Shown piece by piece: positions 9,288 to 20,214 of a stretch of 64,000 nt of DNA. The position numbers and the translations under genes are program-made. The notes beneath the pieces were generated by a model. That model was not told where the DNA came from. It ran no database searches and saw only the letters and a list, made by a program, of their open reading frames with translations. Position 1 is the stretch's first letter. The number at the start of each line of letters is the position of its first letter. Source of the DNA: Nitrosopumilus sp. (GTDB lineage: Archaea; Thermoproteota; Nitrososphaeria; Nitrososphaerales; Nitrosopumilaceae); assembly GCA_965206745.1 (NCBI GenBank), contig OZ242220.1, positions 800,001 to 864,000 on the forward strand, read 5' to 3'.

Positions 9288-9904
9288 GGAATTATATCAA
9301 CCAAAAATGTAATTCCAAAATACACTAACAACAAGCTTAATCCAAACATGAGCATTTTATAATTTCTATTAGAAAGAATCCGCGAGCTCTTCAATGCAAC
9401 AAACGAAATCCCACCTAACCACACAAAATCCATCCAGATGTGCAGAAAAAATACTACCAGTATGCCTGAAAATGCCCAAATCAACATTGCATCTGAAATT
9501 AATTTCAGCCCTATCGTCAACCACCATATGATGAAAAACGGGTTTAATGCGCTAAGTGCAATGCCTGCAATTAATGGGCCATGTTTCGGTCTTGTTGTTG
9601 CACTTTGATCCTTTTGCAACATCTTTTTAATTTGAATTGCTGCAAAAATAAAAAGTGTAATTGCCCCGACAATTGAAATTATAATCCTAAACTCTGGAAA
9701 TGCCTCTAAAGAAAATATTCCGATTCCTAACAAAACCACTAATGGGAACTCTACAATGGTGTGGCCTATTGCCATTTTGATGCCTGATCTTGCTCCCTGA
9801 CGCAGTCCGTACGAAATATTTGCTGCAAACAATGGACCTGGTGCCATGACTCCTGACGCTGAAATGGCAATTACCATGATTGCAAACTCGATTATCTGTG
9901 TCAT
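9284..9904 (-). CDS. LysE family transporter
   Basis: APGPLFA, GIKMAIGH, SALNPFFIIWW; about 6 TM segments. Confidence 0.88.
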   Translation of the reverse strand: MTQIIEFAIMVIAISASGVMAPGPLFAANISYGLRQGARSGIKMAIGHTIVEFPLVVLLGIGIFSLEAFPEFRIIISIVGAITLFIFAAIQIKKMLQKDQSATTRPKHGPLIAGIALSALNPFFIIWWLTIGLKLISDAMLIWAFSGILVVFFLHIWMDFVWLGGISFVALKSSRILSNRNYKMLMFGLSLLLVYFGITFLVDIIP

Positions 9905-9951
9905 TGCTTTTTAATATTATTTAGTTATGAAATAAACCTGATTGAGTCACT

Positions 9952-10668
9952 TTATCTGTACATTGAATCCTTGAGATGTTTTGATTCTTCCTGTGTTTCT
10001 TTAATCACAATTTCTGCTTTTTCAGCCTCTTTTTGTAATAGTGGAATATCACAAGATGCTCCTGGGATTAATTTTGACATTGCCATGCATAATTTGACAC
10101 TTGATTTAAAGTCAGGCCCTTCTCCATTTGTATGAAAAATTATCACAATGACATCCTGATTTACCAAGCTTCCTTCATTAAGTAGCACACCTGGAATTCC
10201 TGGAACCGTTCCGTGATCTAAAACCTTGAGACCTGCCTCCTTTATTTTGTTTCTTGCAGCCTCAGTACTTCCAATTCCCATCATCTCTCCGTCCCCCTTG
10301 GATGATTTTATCGCTACGCTGCTGACAATTAATTTAATTTCCTGTTTTTTGCTCCATGACAACATTGTTTTTGCTGTAACTTTATGCAATGATTGATCTA
10401 GGGTTAGATATGACAGAAATATTCCGACCTTCAGATCCTCATTGACAAAGATTCTTGTTGGAAAATTTGGCTTTCCATCTTTGACAATGCTAATCGGCGG
10501 GAAACTTTCTGAATCGATAACCCCTCCCAGTTCAAACTGTGATGTATGAATCATCGATTCTGTAGCAATCGCGCTGCTGAACCCAACTGAGGGGAATCCG
10601 TCAATAAGATAACCTCCTTCCAGATTTATTTTTTTAATCTCTCTGACTCTAATTTTGGGACCCAACAA
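9952..10668 (-). CDS. PAC2 family proteasome assembly chaperone
   Basis: LIDGFPSVGFSSAIA, FPP...PTRIF, GIPGVLL, PDFKSS. Confidence 0.85.
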   Translation of the reverse strand: MLGPKIRVREIKKINLEGGYLIDGFPSVGFSSAIATESMIHTSQFELGGVIDSESFPPISIVKDGKPNFPTRIFVNEDLKVGIFLSYLTLDQSLHKVTAKTMLSWSKKQEIKLIVSSVAIKSSKGDGEMMGIGSTEAARNKIKEAGLKVLDHGTVPGIPGVLLNEGSLVNQDVIVIIFHTNGEGPDFKSSVKLCMAMSKLIPGASCDIPLLQKEAEKAEIVIKETQEESKHLKDSMYR

Positions 10669-10708
10669 ATATTTTGTATATTCGTCAAATAATAGCTTTT
10701 GTCTAATT

Positions 10709-11650
10709 CTATTTCTGCAATTTTGAAATCAATGCCGCATAAATGAATGGCAATATCGTTGTAACTTCTGCATGTAGTGTGGATTGTTTTGCCGTCTGTG
10801 TGACTTTTCCCCATGAAATTGCCTCTCTTACCAATGCCCCACTTAGGCTTCCGTCAAATTCCTGTGCCGTGGTTATGTAAAATGCATAATCTAACCCTTC
10901 TCTGTATTGATTCCACCATAATGTGTGGTGCTTGGAAATTCCCCCGCCGATCATAAATGCCCCTGATTTTTCAGCTTTGAAAATTAATCCTGATAACAAA
11001 TTTGCATCGCCTGTCACATTTAATTTAAAATCTGCATGTTTCTGTGTAAATAACCAAATTTGACTTCCTACTGCCCCATCCATTATTCCCGGAACCACTA
11101 TGTCGATATCATTTTTGTATGCCCAGTAAAGAAACGAGTCCTCGCCCAGATGCTTTCCAATCATTTTACAAATTTCAGCAGTACTCATCTCTTTGTTCCC
11201 GTTCTGATACTCCTCTTCTAGGAATTGCTGCATCTTTTCTTCAATCAGTGGTCCGTAACTATCCATTGGAACTAGAACGTTTCCTAGTCTGTGGATGTTT
11301 TGGTTTGCCAATTCCATGTCATCCATCGTAAATGTCCCTTCCTTGTACTGTGAAAAATGTCTGGCAATGTCGTGATCTAGTGCACCACATGTCGTAATTG
11401 CAACATCAAACCATTTGTTCTTGATCATATCTTTGATGATTCCCCTTAGTCCAGTTGATATCACCGCTCCTACAAACGACACAAATCTTAGGCATTGTTT
11501 ATCTGAAATCATTTCGGCCAATATTTCCAAACCGCTTGAGAGATTCACCGATTCGAATCCTCCTGATCGTGACAACTCCTCAAAAATCTTTTCTAGAGTT
11601 GTCGTTGAATCAATTTTAATATCTCTTACAGGGCGACCCGGCTCTATCAT
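10709..11650 (-). CDS. dys: deoxyhypusine synthase
   Basis: ISTGLRG, RLGNV, GGGISKHH, DGSLSGA, EAISWGK. Confidence 0.95.
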   Translation of the reverse strand: MIEPGRPVRDIKIDSTTTLEKIFEELSRSGGFESVNLSSGLEILAEMISDKQCLRFVSFVGAVISTGLRGIIKDMIKNKWFDVAITTCGALDHDIARHFSQYKEGTFTMDDMELANQNIHRLGNVLVPMDSYGPLIEEKMQQFLEEEYQNGNKEMSTAEICKMIGKHLGEDSFLYWAYKNDIDIVVPGIMDGAVGSQIWLFTQKHADFKLNVTGDANLLSGLIFKAEKSGAFMIGGGISKHHTLWWNQYREGLDYAFYITTAQEFDGSLSGALVREAISWGKVTQTAKQSTLHAEVTTILPFIYAALISKLQK

Positions 11651-11752
11651 GATTGCTTTGTTGATGCCTGATATAAAATTCTGCCTTTAATCGCTGGATT
11701 TTTTCTATTGCCTAAGGAAACTTTAAACCTTCCTTGTGTCAACGAATTTCAA

Positions 11753-12847
11753 ATGACTGATAGAATTAAAGTTGGTTTAGTTGGCATTGGCAATTGTTTT
11801 TCAGGATTAATCCAAGGAATCGAATATTACAGAAAAAATCCTTCCCAGGAAGTGACTGGAATTATCCACGACAAGCTGGCAGGATATGGAATCCATGACA
11901 TTGATTTTGTCTGTGGATTTGATGTTGGTGAAAATAAGGTTGGCAAGTTTTTGCATGAGGCAATTTATGAGTATCCAAACATGGTTGATTGGATCGCCAA
12001 AGACGATTTACCAAAAAATGATGCGCTAGTTTATGAAAGTCCCATTTTGGATGGGGTGGGAGTTTGGGTTGAAAACAGAATAAAGCCGATTGATAACCCA
12101 AAAACTATTGAGGAAATTACCAAAGACGTAAAACAAATCATGAAAGAGAAGGGGGTTGAAATCATTGTATCTTATTTGCCTGTAGGCTCTGATAAGGTAA
12201 CTGAGTTTTGGGCTCAAATCTGTCTTGATACAAACACCGCATTTGTAAACTGCATCCCGTCTTTCATTGCATCTGATGAAAAATGGGCCAAAAAGTTTGA
12301 AGAGAAGAATATTCCTTGCATAGGTGATGATATCAAGGGACAAGTCGGTGCCACCATCGTACATAGAACCTTGGCCAAGCTTTGTAGTGACCGGGGGACA
12401 AAGATTGAAAAAACATATCAAATCAATGTAGGTGGCAACACTGATTTCCTAAACATGAAGGAGCAGGACCGTTTGGTATCAAAGAGAATTTCCAAAACTG
12501 AAAGCGTTCAAAGTCAACTCAAAGAGAGATTGGATGATGACCAAATCTATGTTGGGCCTTCTGACTTTATTCCTTTTCTAGGTAACACCAAACTGATGTT
12601 CATGAGAATTGAAGGAAGACAGTGGGCAAACATCCCATACAACATGGAAGTCCGTTTGGAGGTGGATGATAAGGCAAACTCTGCTGGTATTGTAATTGAT
12701 GCAATTAGATTGGCAAGAATTGCCCTTGACAGGGGTATTGGTGGGCCAATCAAGCCTGCTAGTGCATACCTGATGAAGCATCCAATAGAGCAGACTTCTG
12801 ATGTAAAGGCAAAAACTGCATGTGAAGAATTTGTTGCAGGCGACTAA
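11753..12847 (+). CDS. ino1: myo-inositol-1-phosphate synthase
   Basis: VGIGNC, SYLPVGS, IGDDIKGQVGATIVHR, NVGGNTDFLN, DKANSAG. Confidence 0.93.
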   Translation: MTDRIKVGLVGIGNCFSGLIQGIEYYRKNPSQEVTGIIHDKLAGYGIHDIDFVCGFDVGENKVGKFLHEAIYEYPNMVDWIAKDDLPKNDALVYESPILDGVGVWVENRIKPIDNPKTIEEITKDVKQIMKEKGVEIIVSYLPVGSDKVTEFWAQICLDTNTAFVNCIPSFIASDEKWAKKFEEKNIPCIGDDIKGQVGATIVHRTLAKLCSDRGTKIEKTYQINVGGNTDFLNMKEQDRLVSKRISKTESVQSQLKERLDDDQIYVGPSDFIPFLGNTKLMFMRIEGRQWANIPYNMEVRLEVDDKANSAGIVIDAIRLARIALDRGIGGPIKPASAYLMKHPIEQTSDVKAKTACEEFVAGD

Positions 12848-13257
12848 TCAAGACTTGTTATATCCTGCAAATCTATTTTAATTGATTACGCATTTGCAGA
12901 GGCTGAATTCTTTTGGTGATCCTGACTCCTTGTAGAAAAAGCTGTATTTACACAATTCTATGCTGATTCACTGCGATTCTACTGATGGATTTTACTATCT
13001 TGACGGCTCTGGTCACAAATGGTGATCTGATCACGGTGTTTGATCAGAGCCTAATGAAATATTCGAAGAGGATCAGATCCAATTTGGAATTGCCCTGCTA
13101 ATCATAATAGGCGTAATGACACGATCAATTTTCTGAAATTATCAATTAAACTGCCACCACTACGAAAAATATCATAATACAACAAGAAAAATTAATCAAT
13201 TCTGTCAACTAAACTTGTTAGTCATCGATTATCCTACGTGGTGAGAAATAACTACCA

Positions 13258-16200
13258 TTGGTTCACATTAAAAAAGTAGAGATCTTTGGTTTCAAGTCAT
13301 TTGGATTCAAAAATACGACAGTTCCATTCGAGCCTGGACTGGTCTCAATATCAGGTCCAAACGGCTCTGGAAAAAGCAACATCTTGGATGCCATTATTTT
13401 TGCAATGGGTGAAAATAAACCTCGAGTCATGAGGGTTGATAAACTGCGATCTCTAATTCACGATGAAGGAAGTCCACGCGGACACAAGATGGCCAGATCT
13501 AGTGTCCACTTTGACAATTCTGATAGAAAAATTCCAGTTGATTCTGATGCCGTTGAAATTACAAGGGAGATGGATATTAGCGGTGAAAATACGTACTATC
13601 TTAACAAAAAGAAGACGAACCGAGGTAATATCCTTGATCTGCTTGATATGGCAAATGCTGGTTTGGGACAACTCAATGCCGTACAACAGGGGACTGTAAC
13701 TAGAATTTCTGAATTTACTTCAGAGGAGAAAAGAAAAACCATTGAGGATTTAATCGGACTATCGTATTTTGATGAGAAAAAAGTAGAATCTGTAAAACAG
13801 CTTGATGAGGCAGACAGACGACTGGAGATAGCCCTTGCAAAAATGGGTGAAATTAAAAAAAGAATCGACGAGCTTGAGGAAGAAAGAAATCAAAAATTGT
13901 GCCATGATCTTTTAGAACGTGAACTAAATCGATACAAAGCAATTGCAGCAGCTAACAAAATGAAGGTGATCTCTGGTCAAAAATCCTCCAAAGAGTCGAC
14001 TCTGAATGAATTAAATGCTGAAATTACGACATTTCGTCTACAGCGAGATACCCTGAGGGTGGAAATTGATGCTCTGGAGGCTGAAAAAACAAAATTGATG
14101 GCCGCTGCAAATGATTACAGCCAAGCAAAATCTTCCCTTGATACAGAACTTAGTTCGGCAATGGAGCAGTATGAAATTGACAAGAGTGCAATCACTGCAT
14201 CAGAGAAAAGACTGGAACAAATTAATGCAAGATTGCCTGAAATCCAAACTGAAATTACTGATATAAATCAAACAAGAACTGACATTGATACGCAACTGCA
14301 AATAATAAAATCTTCCATTGAGGAGACCAACTTGAAGAAAAATAAAATCAACCAAGACCTGCAAACTGTTGATTCTCAAAGAAATAAAATTTTGGCAGAG
14401 CAATCAGAGGCCGCATCGAAAAAATCTGAAATTGATAATAAGATAAGACAGCTTACAAGCCAGCTTAACGACGCAAGACTAAATTTTTCCAAAGTATCGC
14501 ATGAAAAGACTGAATCCAAATCTAAAATTGATGCCAACACTGTAAAACTCTCTGAGTTGGAAAAAGATATTGTTACCCTTGCTGGATATCAGTCACAATT
14601 GGAATCCATGCTCAACAATCACAATGCCTCCATCACCGAACTGAAATCCCGAATCAAAAAGTTGCATGTGCGAAAATCAAAGATACGTGAGGACATGGAA
14701 GAGTTGGGACTGATATTGGAAAAATCCAGCAAGGCTGCAAATCAATATGAATCAAAAATCAAAACCGTAAAAGGATTCATGCATGAGGATTACACTGTTG
14801 CTAAATTAAAAGAGGATGCAGACAAGCTTGGCATTGAAGGATTGGTCTATGAAATGATCTCTTGGGATAAGCAATACGAGCGTTCCATTTTGGCGGCTAG
14901 TTCTGATTGGATTAAGGCAATTGTCGTAAAAGACTTTGCAACATTACTCGGCATTGCCGAAGTCGCACGAAGCAAAAAACTCCCAAAACTCAAAATAATC
15001 CCATTGGATGCAATTCCGAAATTCAAACTCTCACTGCCTAAAGAATCCGGCGTTATTGGCATTCTTTCAAACTATGTTACCTGTGATCCTGCCTATTTCT
15101 CGCTCAAAACATTCCTATTTGGGAATATCGTGCTTACTGATACCCGTGAATCTGCCTACAAAGTCTCTCAAAAAGGGTACAAATCTGTGACTCTGGATGG
15201 TGAATTCTTTGAAGAAAAAGGAGGGACTGTTGTAATTGACATTAATTCAAAAATATCCAAACTTACAAAACTCATCTCCATGAGCAGTGATATTGATGGA
15301 TTGTTCCAATCCATCGGCATCATCAAAAAATACATGCTAAACAAAAAACACTCATTAAAAAAGATAGAAGATTCCATTCAATCATACGATGACCGTCTTT
15401 CAATATCTGAAAACTCCCTTACTTCTGCAACTGAGAATTACTCCAATCTAAAATCAAGAATCACTTCTGCATCAAGCATGAAAGAACAACTCGTTACAAG
15501 GATTTCGGGATTAACCTCAAGAAACAGTACCATTGAATCCGAAGCAAGCACCCGTGAATCCCACATTGTCTCACTGCAAGAAAGAATAACAATTGTTGAG
15601 GAGAATTATGCCAGCGGAGAACAAGATAGAATTGCCAGTGAGTTATCCAGAATCAATACCGAAAAATCTGAGACAGAGGAATTGTACACTACAATCATGA
15701 ATGAATACCGTGACAAATCCTCAAAGCAGACAACACTTCAAACCCAACACGATGGGCAAAAGTCCCAATTAAATCGCCTCACTGACGAAGTAAATTCACT
15801 CAATCTTGAGCATACCGAGCTTGAAACAAAAATACGCCAACTAGAGCAACAAAAGGAATCCAAGAATCAGATTCTTGTATCACTGCGAGAAAAAGAGCAA
15901 GAATTAATCTCTACGTCTGGTTCCTCCATTGGTCATTTGAAAGAGTATGATGACAAACTCAGGGAATTATCTGGACAGGACAAAGAACTGACAAAACAAA
16001 TAAGTGCTCTGGAGCGTCAAACAGACTCTCTTACCCGTGACCTTGTTGATTTATCTGAAAACGAATCTAAATTGCAACACATACTATCTGCATTTGGATT
16101 TGATAAAGACATGGAAACATTTGATGTTGAGCCAATCGTACAAGGGCTGACTGTAGAACTATCTTCCCTTAACGCATTAAATGCAAAGGCCCCTGAAACA

Positions 16201-16779
16201 TACCTTGAAGTCTCATATGGTTATCGGTCAATGTCTACAAGAAAGAACTCTCTTGAAGCCGAACGTAATTCCATTGTTAAATTCATTGAAGATATTGAAA
16301 AAGACAAACGGCAAACTTTCTTGGATGCATTTGACAAGGTCGATAAGGAAATTCGGCTGATCTTCAATAAAATGACTGGTGGTAATGCTTGGCTAGAGCT
16401 ACAAAATGAGGATGACATATTCAACTCTGGAATCTCTTACCTGATTCAATTCCCAAGTAAACAGAAAAGAGAATCAACCTCGATTAGTGGTGGTGAAAAG
16501 ACTCTGGCTGCAGTCGTATTTGTTTTGGCCTTGCAAAAATTAAAGCCGTCCCCATTCTACCTGTTTGATGAAGTCGATGCTCACCTTGATGCTCCAAACT
16601 CTAAAAGTCTGGCAAAAATTCTAGACGAAAGATCCCAAGAAAGTCAGTTTATCATGGTATCTCTAAAGGACTCTGTCATCCAGAACGCAAAATTGATTTA
16701 CGGCGTGTTCCAAAAGAATGGCGTTTCAAATGTTGTCACTTACAAAGACAAGCGAATACCCTCAATGAAGACGTCCTAG
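13258..16779 (+). CDS. smc: chromosome segregation protein SMC
   Basis: GFKSF, Walker A GPNGSGKSN, Q-loop, coiled coils with hinge, ISGGEK signature, FDEVDAHLD. Confidence 0.96.
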   Translation: MVHIKKVEIFGFKSFGFKNTTVPFEPGLVSISGPNGSGKSNILDAIIFAMGENKPRVMRVDKLRSLIHDEGSPRGHKMARSSVHFDNSDRKIPVDSDAVEITREMDISGENTYYLNKKKTNRGNILDLLDMANAGLGQLNAVQQGTVTRISEFTSEEKRKTIEDLIGLSYFDEKKVESVKQLDEADRRLEIALAKMGEIKKRIDELEEERNQKLCHDLLERELNRYKAIAAANKMKVISGQKSSKESTLNELNAEITTFRLQRDTLRVEIDALEAEKTKLMAAANDYSQAKSSLDTELSSAMEQYEIDKSAITASEKRLEQINARLPEIQTEITDINQTRTDIDTQLQIIKSSIEETNLKKNKINQDLQTVDSQRNKILAEQSEAASKKSEIDNKIRQLTSQLNDARLNFSKVSHEKTESKSKIDANTVKLSELEKDIVTLAGYQSQLESMLNNHNASITELKSRIKKLHVRKSKIREDMEELGLILEKSSKAANQYESKIKTVKGFMHEDYTVAKLKEDADKLGIEGLVYEMISWDKQYERSILAASSDWIKAIVVKDFATLLGIAEVARSKKLPKLKIIPLDAIPKFKLSLPKESGVIGILSNYVTCDPAYFSLKTFLFGNIVLTDTRESAYKVSQKGYKSVTLDGEFFEEKGGTVVIDINSKISKLTKLISMSSDIDGLFQSIGIIKKYMLNKKHSLKKIEDSIQSYDDRLSISENSLTSATENYSNLKSRITSASSMKEQLVTRISGLTSRNSTIESEASTRESHIVSLQERITIVEENYASGEQDRIASELSRINTEKSETEELYTTIMNEYRDKSSKQTTLQTQHDGQKSQLNRLTDEVNSLNLEHTELETKIRQLEQQKESKNQILVSLREKEQELISTSGSSIGHLKEYDDKLRELSGQDKELTKQISALERQTDSLTRDLVDLSENESKLQHILSAFGFDKDMETFDVEPIVQGLTVELSSLNALNAKAPETYLEVSYGYRSMSTRKNSLEAERNSIVKFIEDIEKDKRQTFLDAFDKVDKEIRLIFNKMTGGNAWLELQNEDDIFNSGISYLIQFPSKQKRESTSISGGEKTLAAVVFVLALQKLKPSPFYLFDEVDAHLDAPNSKSLAKILDERSQESQFIMVSLKDSVIQNAKLIYGVFQKNGVSNVVTYKDKRIPSMKTS

Positions 16780-17741
16780 TCCAGTTTAACAAAACATGCA
16801 GAATGGTGCCCATCGGCAACCTCCTCTAACCCTGGCTCCTCCGTACACCTCTCAATGACATACGGGCACCTTGCTCTGAATCTGCATCCCTGGTACACAT
16901 CGACATCTGCTGGTTCGTTGATCCTGATCTTCCTCTCTCTGTGCAGATTATCAGGATCTGGCTCTGAAATTGCATCAATTAATGCTTGAGTGTACGGATG
17001 ACTGGGTTTGGCCAGCACTTGGTTGATTGGTCCCATTTCTACAATTTTGCCCATGTACAAAATACCAATTCTCTGACCAAAATACCTGGCAGTAGCTAGG
17101 TCATGTGTGATGTAGATAAATGAAATATTGTATCTCTTTTGCAACCCCTGCATCAACTCTAGCATCTCTGCCCTGATTGACACATCCAACATGGAGACTG
17201 GCTCGTCTGCCAGTATCACTTTGGGTTTTAGTGCAAGCGCTCTTGCCAATACCACCCTCTGCCTTTGACCTCCTGACAACATGTGGGGGTACCGCTTTGC
17301 AATCTCTTCGGCAGGCTCTAGTTTGACTTCCTGCAATACCTGGATCACTCTTTTCTTCCTGTCTCCTCTGTCTCCAATTTTATGGATCTCCAGCGGCTCT
17401 GAGACAATGTCACCCACCTTCATTCTTGGGTTGATAGAATCATACGGATCCTGATGTATCATCTGGCAATTCATTCTGATTTTTGAGAGGCTTTCTTCAT
17501 GATTGCCAATCTCATGTTCTTCAAAAAATATTTTTCCAGAATCTGGCTGGATTGATTTCAGGATTAATTTTGCAATTGTTGATTTTCCAGACCCTGACTG
17601 GCCAGCCAAAACAAAAACCTCCCCTTCTTTTAATGAGAATGATACATCGTCGGCAGCCCTGACCGTGATTGATTTTGATCGAAATATTCCTTTTTTCGTA
17701 AAATATTTTTTCAAATGCTCCACTCTTAGGATATCGCTCAT
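16776..17741 (-). CDS. oligopeptide/dipeptide ABC transporter ATP-binding subunit (OppF/AppF-like)
   Basis: GQSGSGKS, LSGGQRQR, DEP, HPYT, C-terminal GCRFRARCP. Confidence 0.92.
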   Translation of the reverse strand: MSDILRVEHLKKYFTKKGIFRSKSITVRAADDVSFSLKEGEVFVLAGQSGSGKSTIAKLILKSIQPDSGKIFFEEHEIGNHEESLSKIRMNCQMIHQDPYDSINPRMKVGDIVSEPLEIHKIGDRGDRKKRVIQVLQEVKLEPAEEIAKRYPHMLSGGQRQRVVLARALALKPKVILADEPVSMLDVSIRAEMLELMQGLQKRYNISFIYITHDLATARYFGQRIGILYMGKIVEMGPINQVLAKPSHPYTQALIDAISEPDPDNLHRERKIRINEPADVDVYQGCRFRARCPYVIERCTEEPGLEEVADGHHSACFVKLD

Positions 17742-17838
17742 TGAATACTGTTGAATAAAGAAGCATGTCTAGAAATATCTTTTGTGCGTAAAATTCGGGA
17801 TAACGCATATTTACGTTAAAAAAAGACCGAATTATTAC

Positions 17839-18861
17839 TTGAGTGACACAATACAAAAGAACCGTGATTATAAAAAATATGTTATAGATTCAAGACTCCA
17901 ATATTTCAAACCTCATGCCAGCAAGATCGAGAAAACATTTGCCGAAGAAATTTCCTCCAGTCTGGACAGGACCTCCAAGTTCATCATGCCCAAATTTTTT
18001 TATGACAAAAAGGGCTCCATTCTGTTTGAAAAAATCTGCAATCTTCCTGAATACTATCCTACTCGAACAGAAATTGACATTTTGAAGAATTTGCAGGCTG
18101 AATTGCCTGCATTTATCGACGAATCTTTTAGACTGGTCGAACTTGGGAGCGGTTCGTCGATAAAGACCAAATTGATTCTTGATATTTTCAGCAAATTACA
18201 ACAGACTACCGAATATTTTCCAATAGATATTTCTGAGATTCTAACTGAAAGTTCCGAACAGCTCTTAGAATGTTATGAGAATCTCCGCATCACCGGCATC
18301 ATCGATACCTATGAGGGCGGATTGGAATTCATCAAACACTATGATGATAAAAAAAACCTGATTATCTTTTTAGGATCCAGCTTTGGTAACTTCTCACCCT
18401 CTGATGGCAAGGCGTTCTTGGAAAAAATAAACTCGACTATGAAACCCGATGATCTATTCCTGATTGGCTTGGATTTGGTAAAGGACAGACGAATTTTAGA
18501 ATCTGCATACAATGATGCGCAAGGCATTACTGCCAAATTCAATCTGAATGTTCTTTCTCGAATAAATGATGAGCTTGATGCCGATTTTGATTTGGATAAT
18601 TTCTCACATCATTCGATTTACAACACAGACGATCAAAGAATTGAGATGTATCTGAAATCCCTAGTTCGCCAGTCTGTAATCATTTCAAAATCAAACCTGT
18701 CATTAAATTTGGAAAAAAATGAATTGATTCACACCGAATATTCCCACAAATACACTCCCGAACAAATCAAAGCACTTCTTGAAGATGCGGGATTTAAAAT
18801 CGATCACATTTGGTTTGATGATGATGCCAATTACTCATTAACGCTGGTGTCTAAAAACTAG
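17839..18861 (+). CDS. egtD: L-histidine N-alpha-trimethyltransferase
   Basis: PKFFYDKKGS, LPEYYPTRTE, VELGSGS, FLGSSFGN, AYND, IHTEYSHKY. Confidence 0.92.
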   Translation: MSDTIQKNRDYKKYVIDSRLQYFKPHASKIEKTFAEEISSSLDRTSKFIMPKFFYDKKGSILFEKICNLPEYYPTRTEIDILKNLQAELPAFIDESFRLVELGSGSSIKTKLILDIFSKLQQTTEYFPIDISEILTESSEQLLECYENLRITGIIDTYEGGLEFIKHYDDKKNLIIFLGSSFGNFSPSDGKAFLEKINSTMKPDDLFLIGLDLVKDRRILESAYNDAQGITAKFNLNVLSRINDELDADFDLDNFSHHSIYNTDDQRIEMYLKSLVRQSVIISKSNLSLNLEKNELIHTEYSHKYTPEQIKALLEDAGFKIDHIWFDDDANYSLTLVSKN

Positions 18862-20168
18862 ATATTTTCAGCACACCTGAAACCTGAAAACAGCCACCTC
18901 TCATCTAGCCTGAAGAAATTCCTATAGCTTCCCCTGATTGACATTTTTGGCGTCCCAAATGATCCTCCTCTGAGTACTTTTTGATTCGTAAACCACTTGT
19001 CATTGTACTCCTCAAAGCCTGACTTGAATCCCGGATATCCTGTAAATTCAGATGATGTCCACTCCCAAACGTCTCCTATCATCTGTTGACATCCTGACTG
19101 GCTGGCTCCACTTGGATATGATCCTATCTTTGAACATCCCCAATGATATGATTCTAACAAGTTGCACCTGTCTGCAGTTGGTTTTTCATCTCCCCATGGA
19201 AATGTTGTCTTTTGCTGCTTTTCCTCGTTCCAGCATGCGGCTTTCTCCCATTCTGCCTCTGTTGGGAGTCTCTTGCCTGCCCATCTGCAGTATGCATCTG
19301 CCTCATAGTAGCTGACGTGGCATACTGGCTCATCTGGGCTGATCTCCCTGATTCCTAAAAAGTCCCTTGTGTGCCACCTGCCATCAATTCTCTCCCAGTA
19401 CATTGGAGATTCCCATTTGTTTGCTTTGACTTTCTCCCATCCGTCTGATAACCAATACTTGTATGTCTCGTATCCTCCATCATTGATGAACGCAAGATAC
19501 TGTTGGTTTGTTATTGGGAATTGATCAATTTTGTAATCATTGAGGTAGACCTTGTGCTCTGGCAATTCAACATCGTAACAAAACTCTTCCCCATTATTCC
19601 CCATTGTGTATATGCCGCCTTTAATCTGAATGGATTTCTGTGTGGTATCGGTTGTTTTTCTAATTTCGTTCTTCTTTACGGGCCTGTATTGCTCTGCAAG
19701 CAGATGTTGTAAATCATACACTAGGAGCTCTTGATGTTGGCATTCATGATGAAAACCAGTCTCGATTAATCTTATGTCATCTTGGCTCAAAGTTTGGGTC
19801 TCGATAAATTTTGCCACCCTTTGATTTATTGTATTGTAGTATTGAAAGATCTGATCAGTTGTCGGTCTTGATACGACCCCTCGCAATCCTTTGTCATGCG
19901 GTACTCCAAATTGCTGATAATAGGAATTGAGATATTCGGAAAATTCCTTTGAATAGAACTCGTAATTTTTGTCGATCTTGCCCATGATCGTCTCATAAAT
20001 CCAACTCACATGGCCTATGTGCCATTTTGGCGGGCTCATAAAAAATGCAGTCTGAACAACAAAATCATCCCTTTCCAAAGTCTTTACAAGTTCCAGCGTT
20101 CTGCTGCGTGTCTCTCTGAATCTCTCCAATAGTGAGACCTCTGACTGTAATTCTGGATTTGATGCCAA
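18858..20168 (-). CDS. egtB: ergothioneine biosynthesis sulfoxide synthase
   Basis: DinB-like domain SPPKWHIGH, iron motif HECQHQE, FGE-sulfatase domain RLPTEAEWEKAA...GDVWEWT...YRNFF. Confidence 0.92.
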   Translation of the reverse strand: MASNPELQSEVSLLERFRETRSRTLELVKTLERDDFVVQTAFFMSPPKWHIGHVSWIYETIMGKIDKNYEFYSKEFSEYLNSYYQQFGVPHDKGLRGVVSRPTTDQIFQYYNTINQRVAKFIETQTLSQDDIRLIETGFHHECQHQELLVYDLQHLLAEQYRPVKKNEIRKTTDTTQKSIQIKGGIYTMGNNGEEFCYDVELPEHKVYLNDYKIDQFPITNQQYLAFINDGGYETYKYWLSDGWEKVKANKWESPMYWERIDGRWHTRDFLGIREISPDEPVCHVSYYEADAYCRWAGKRLPTEAEWEKAACWNEEKQQKTTFPWGDEKPTADRCNLLESYHWGCSKIGSYPSGASQSGCQQMIGDVWEWTSSEFTGYPGFKSGFEEYNDKWFTNQKVLRGGSFGTPKMSIRGSYRNFFRLDERWLFSGFRCAENI

Positions 20169-20214
20169 TATTGAAAAACTGTCTTTTTTATATTATTATA
20201 TCTGTTTTTTTTAT

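Noticed and set aside
13258-16779. SMC as part of a Wadjet/MksBEF-type defence system
   Set aside because: Canonical hinge-containing SMC of housekeeping length with no jetABD-like neighbours; the kleisin partners are presumably elsewhere.
18858-20168. EgtB as selenoneine synthase SenA or ovothiol synthase OvoA
   Set aside because: No senB/selD neighbours and no C-terminal methyltransferase domain; it is paired with egtD.
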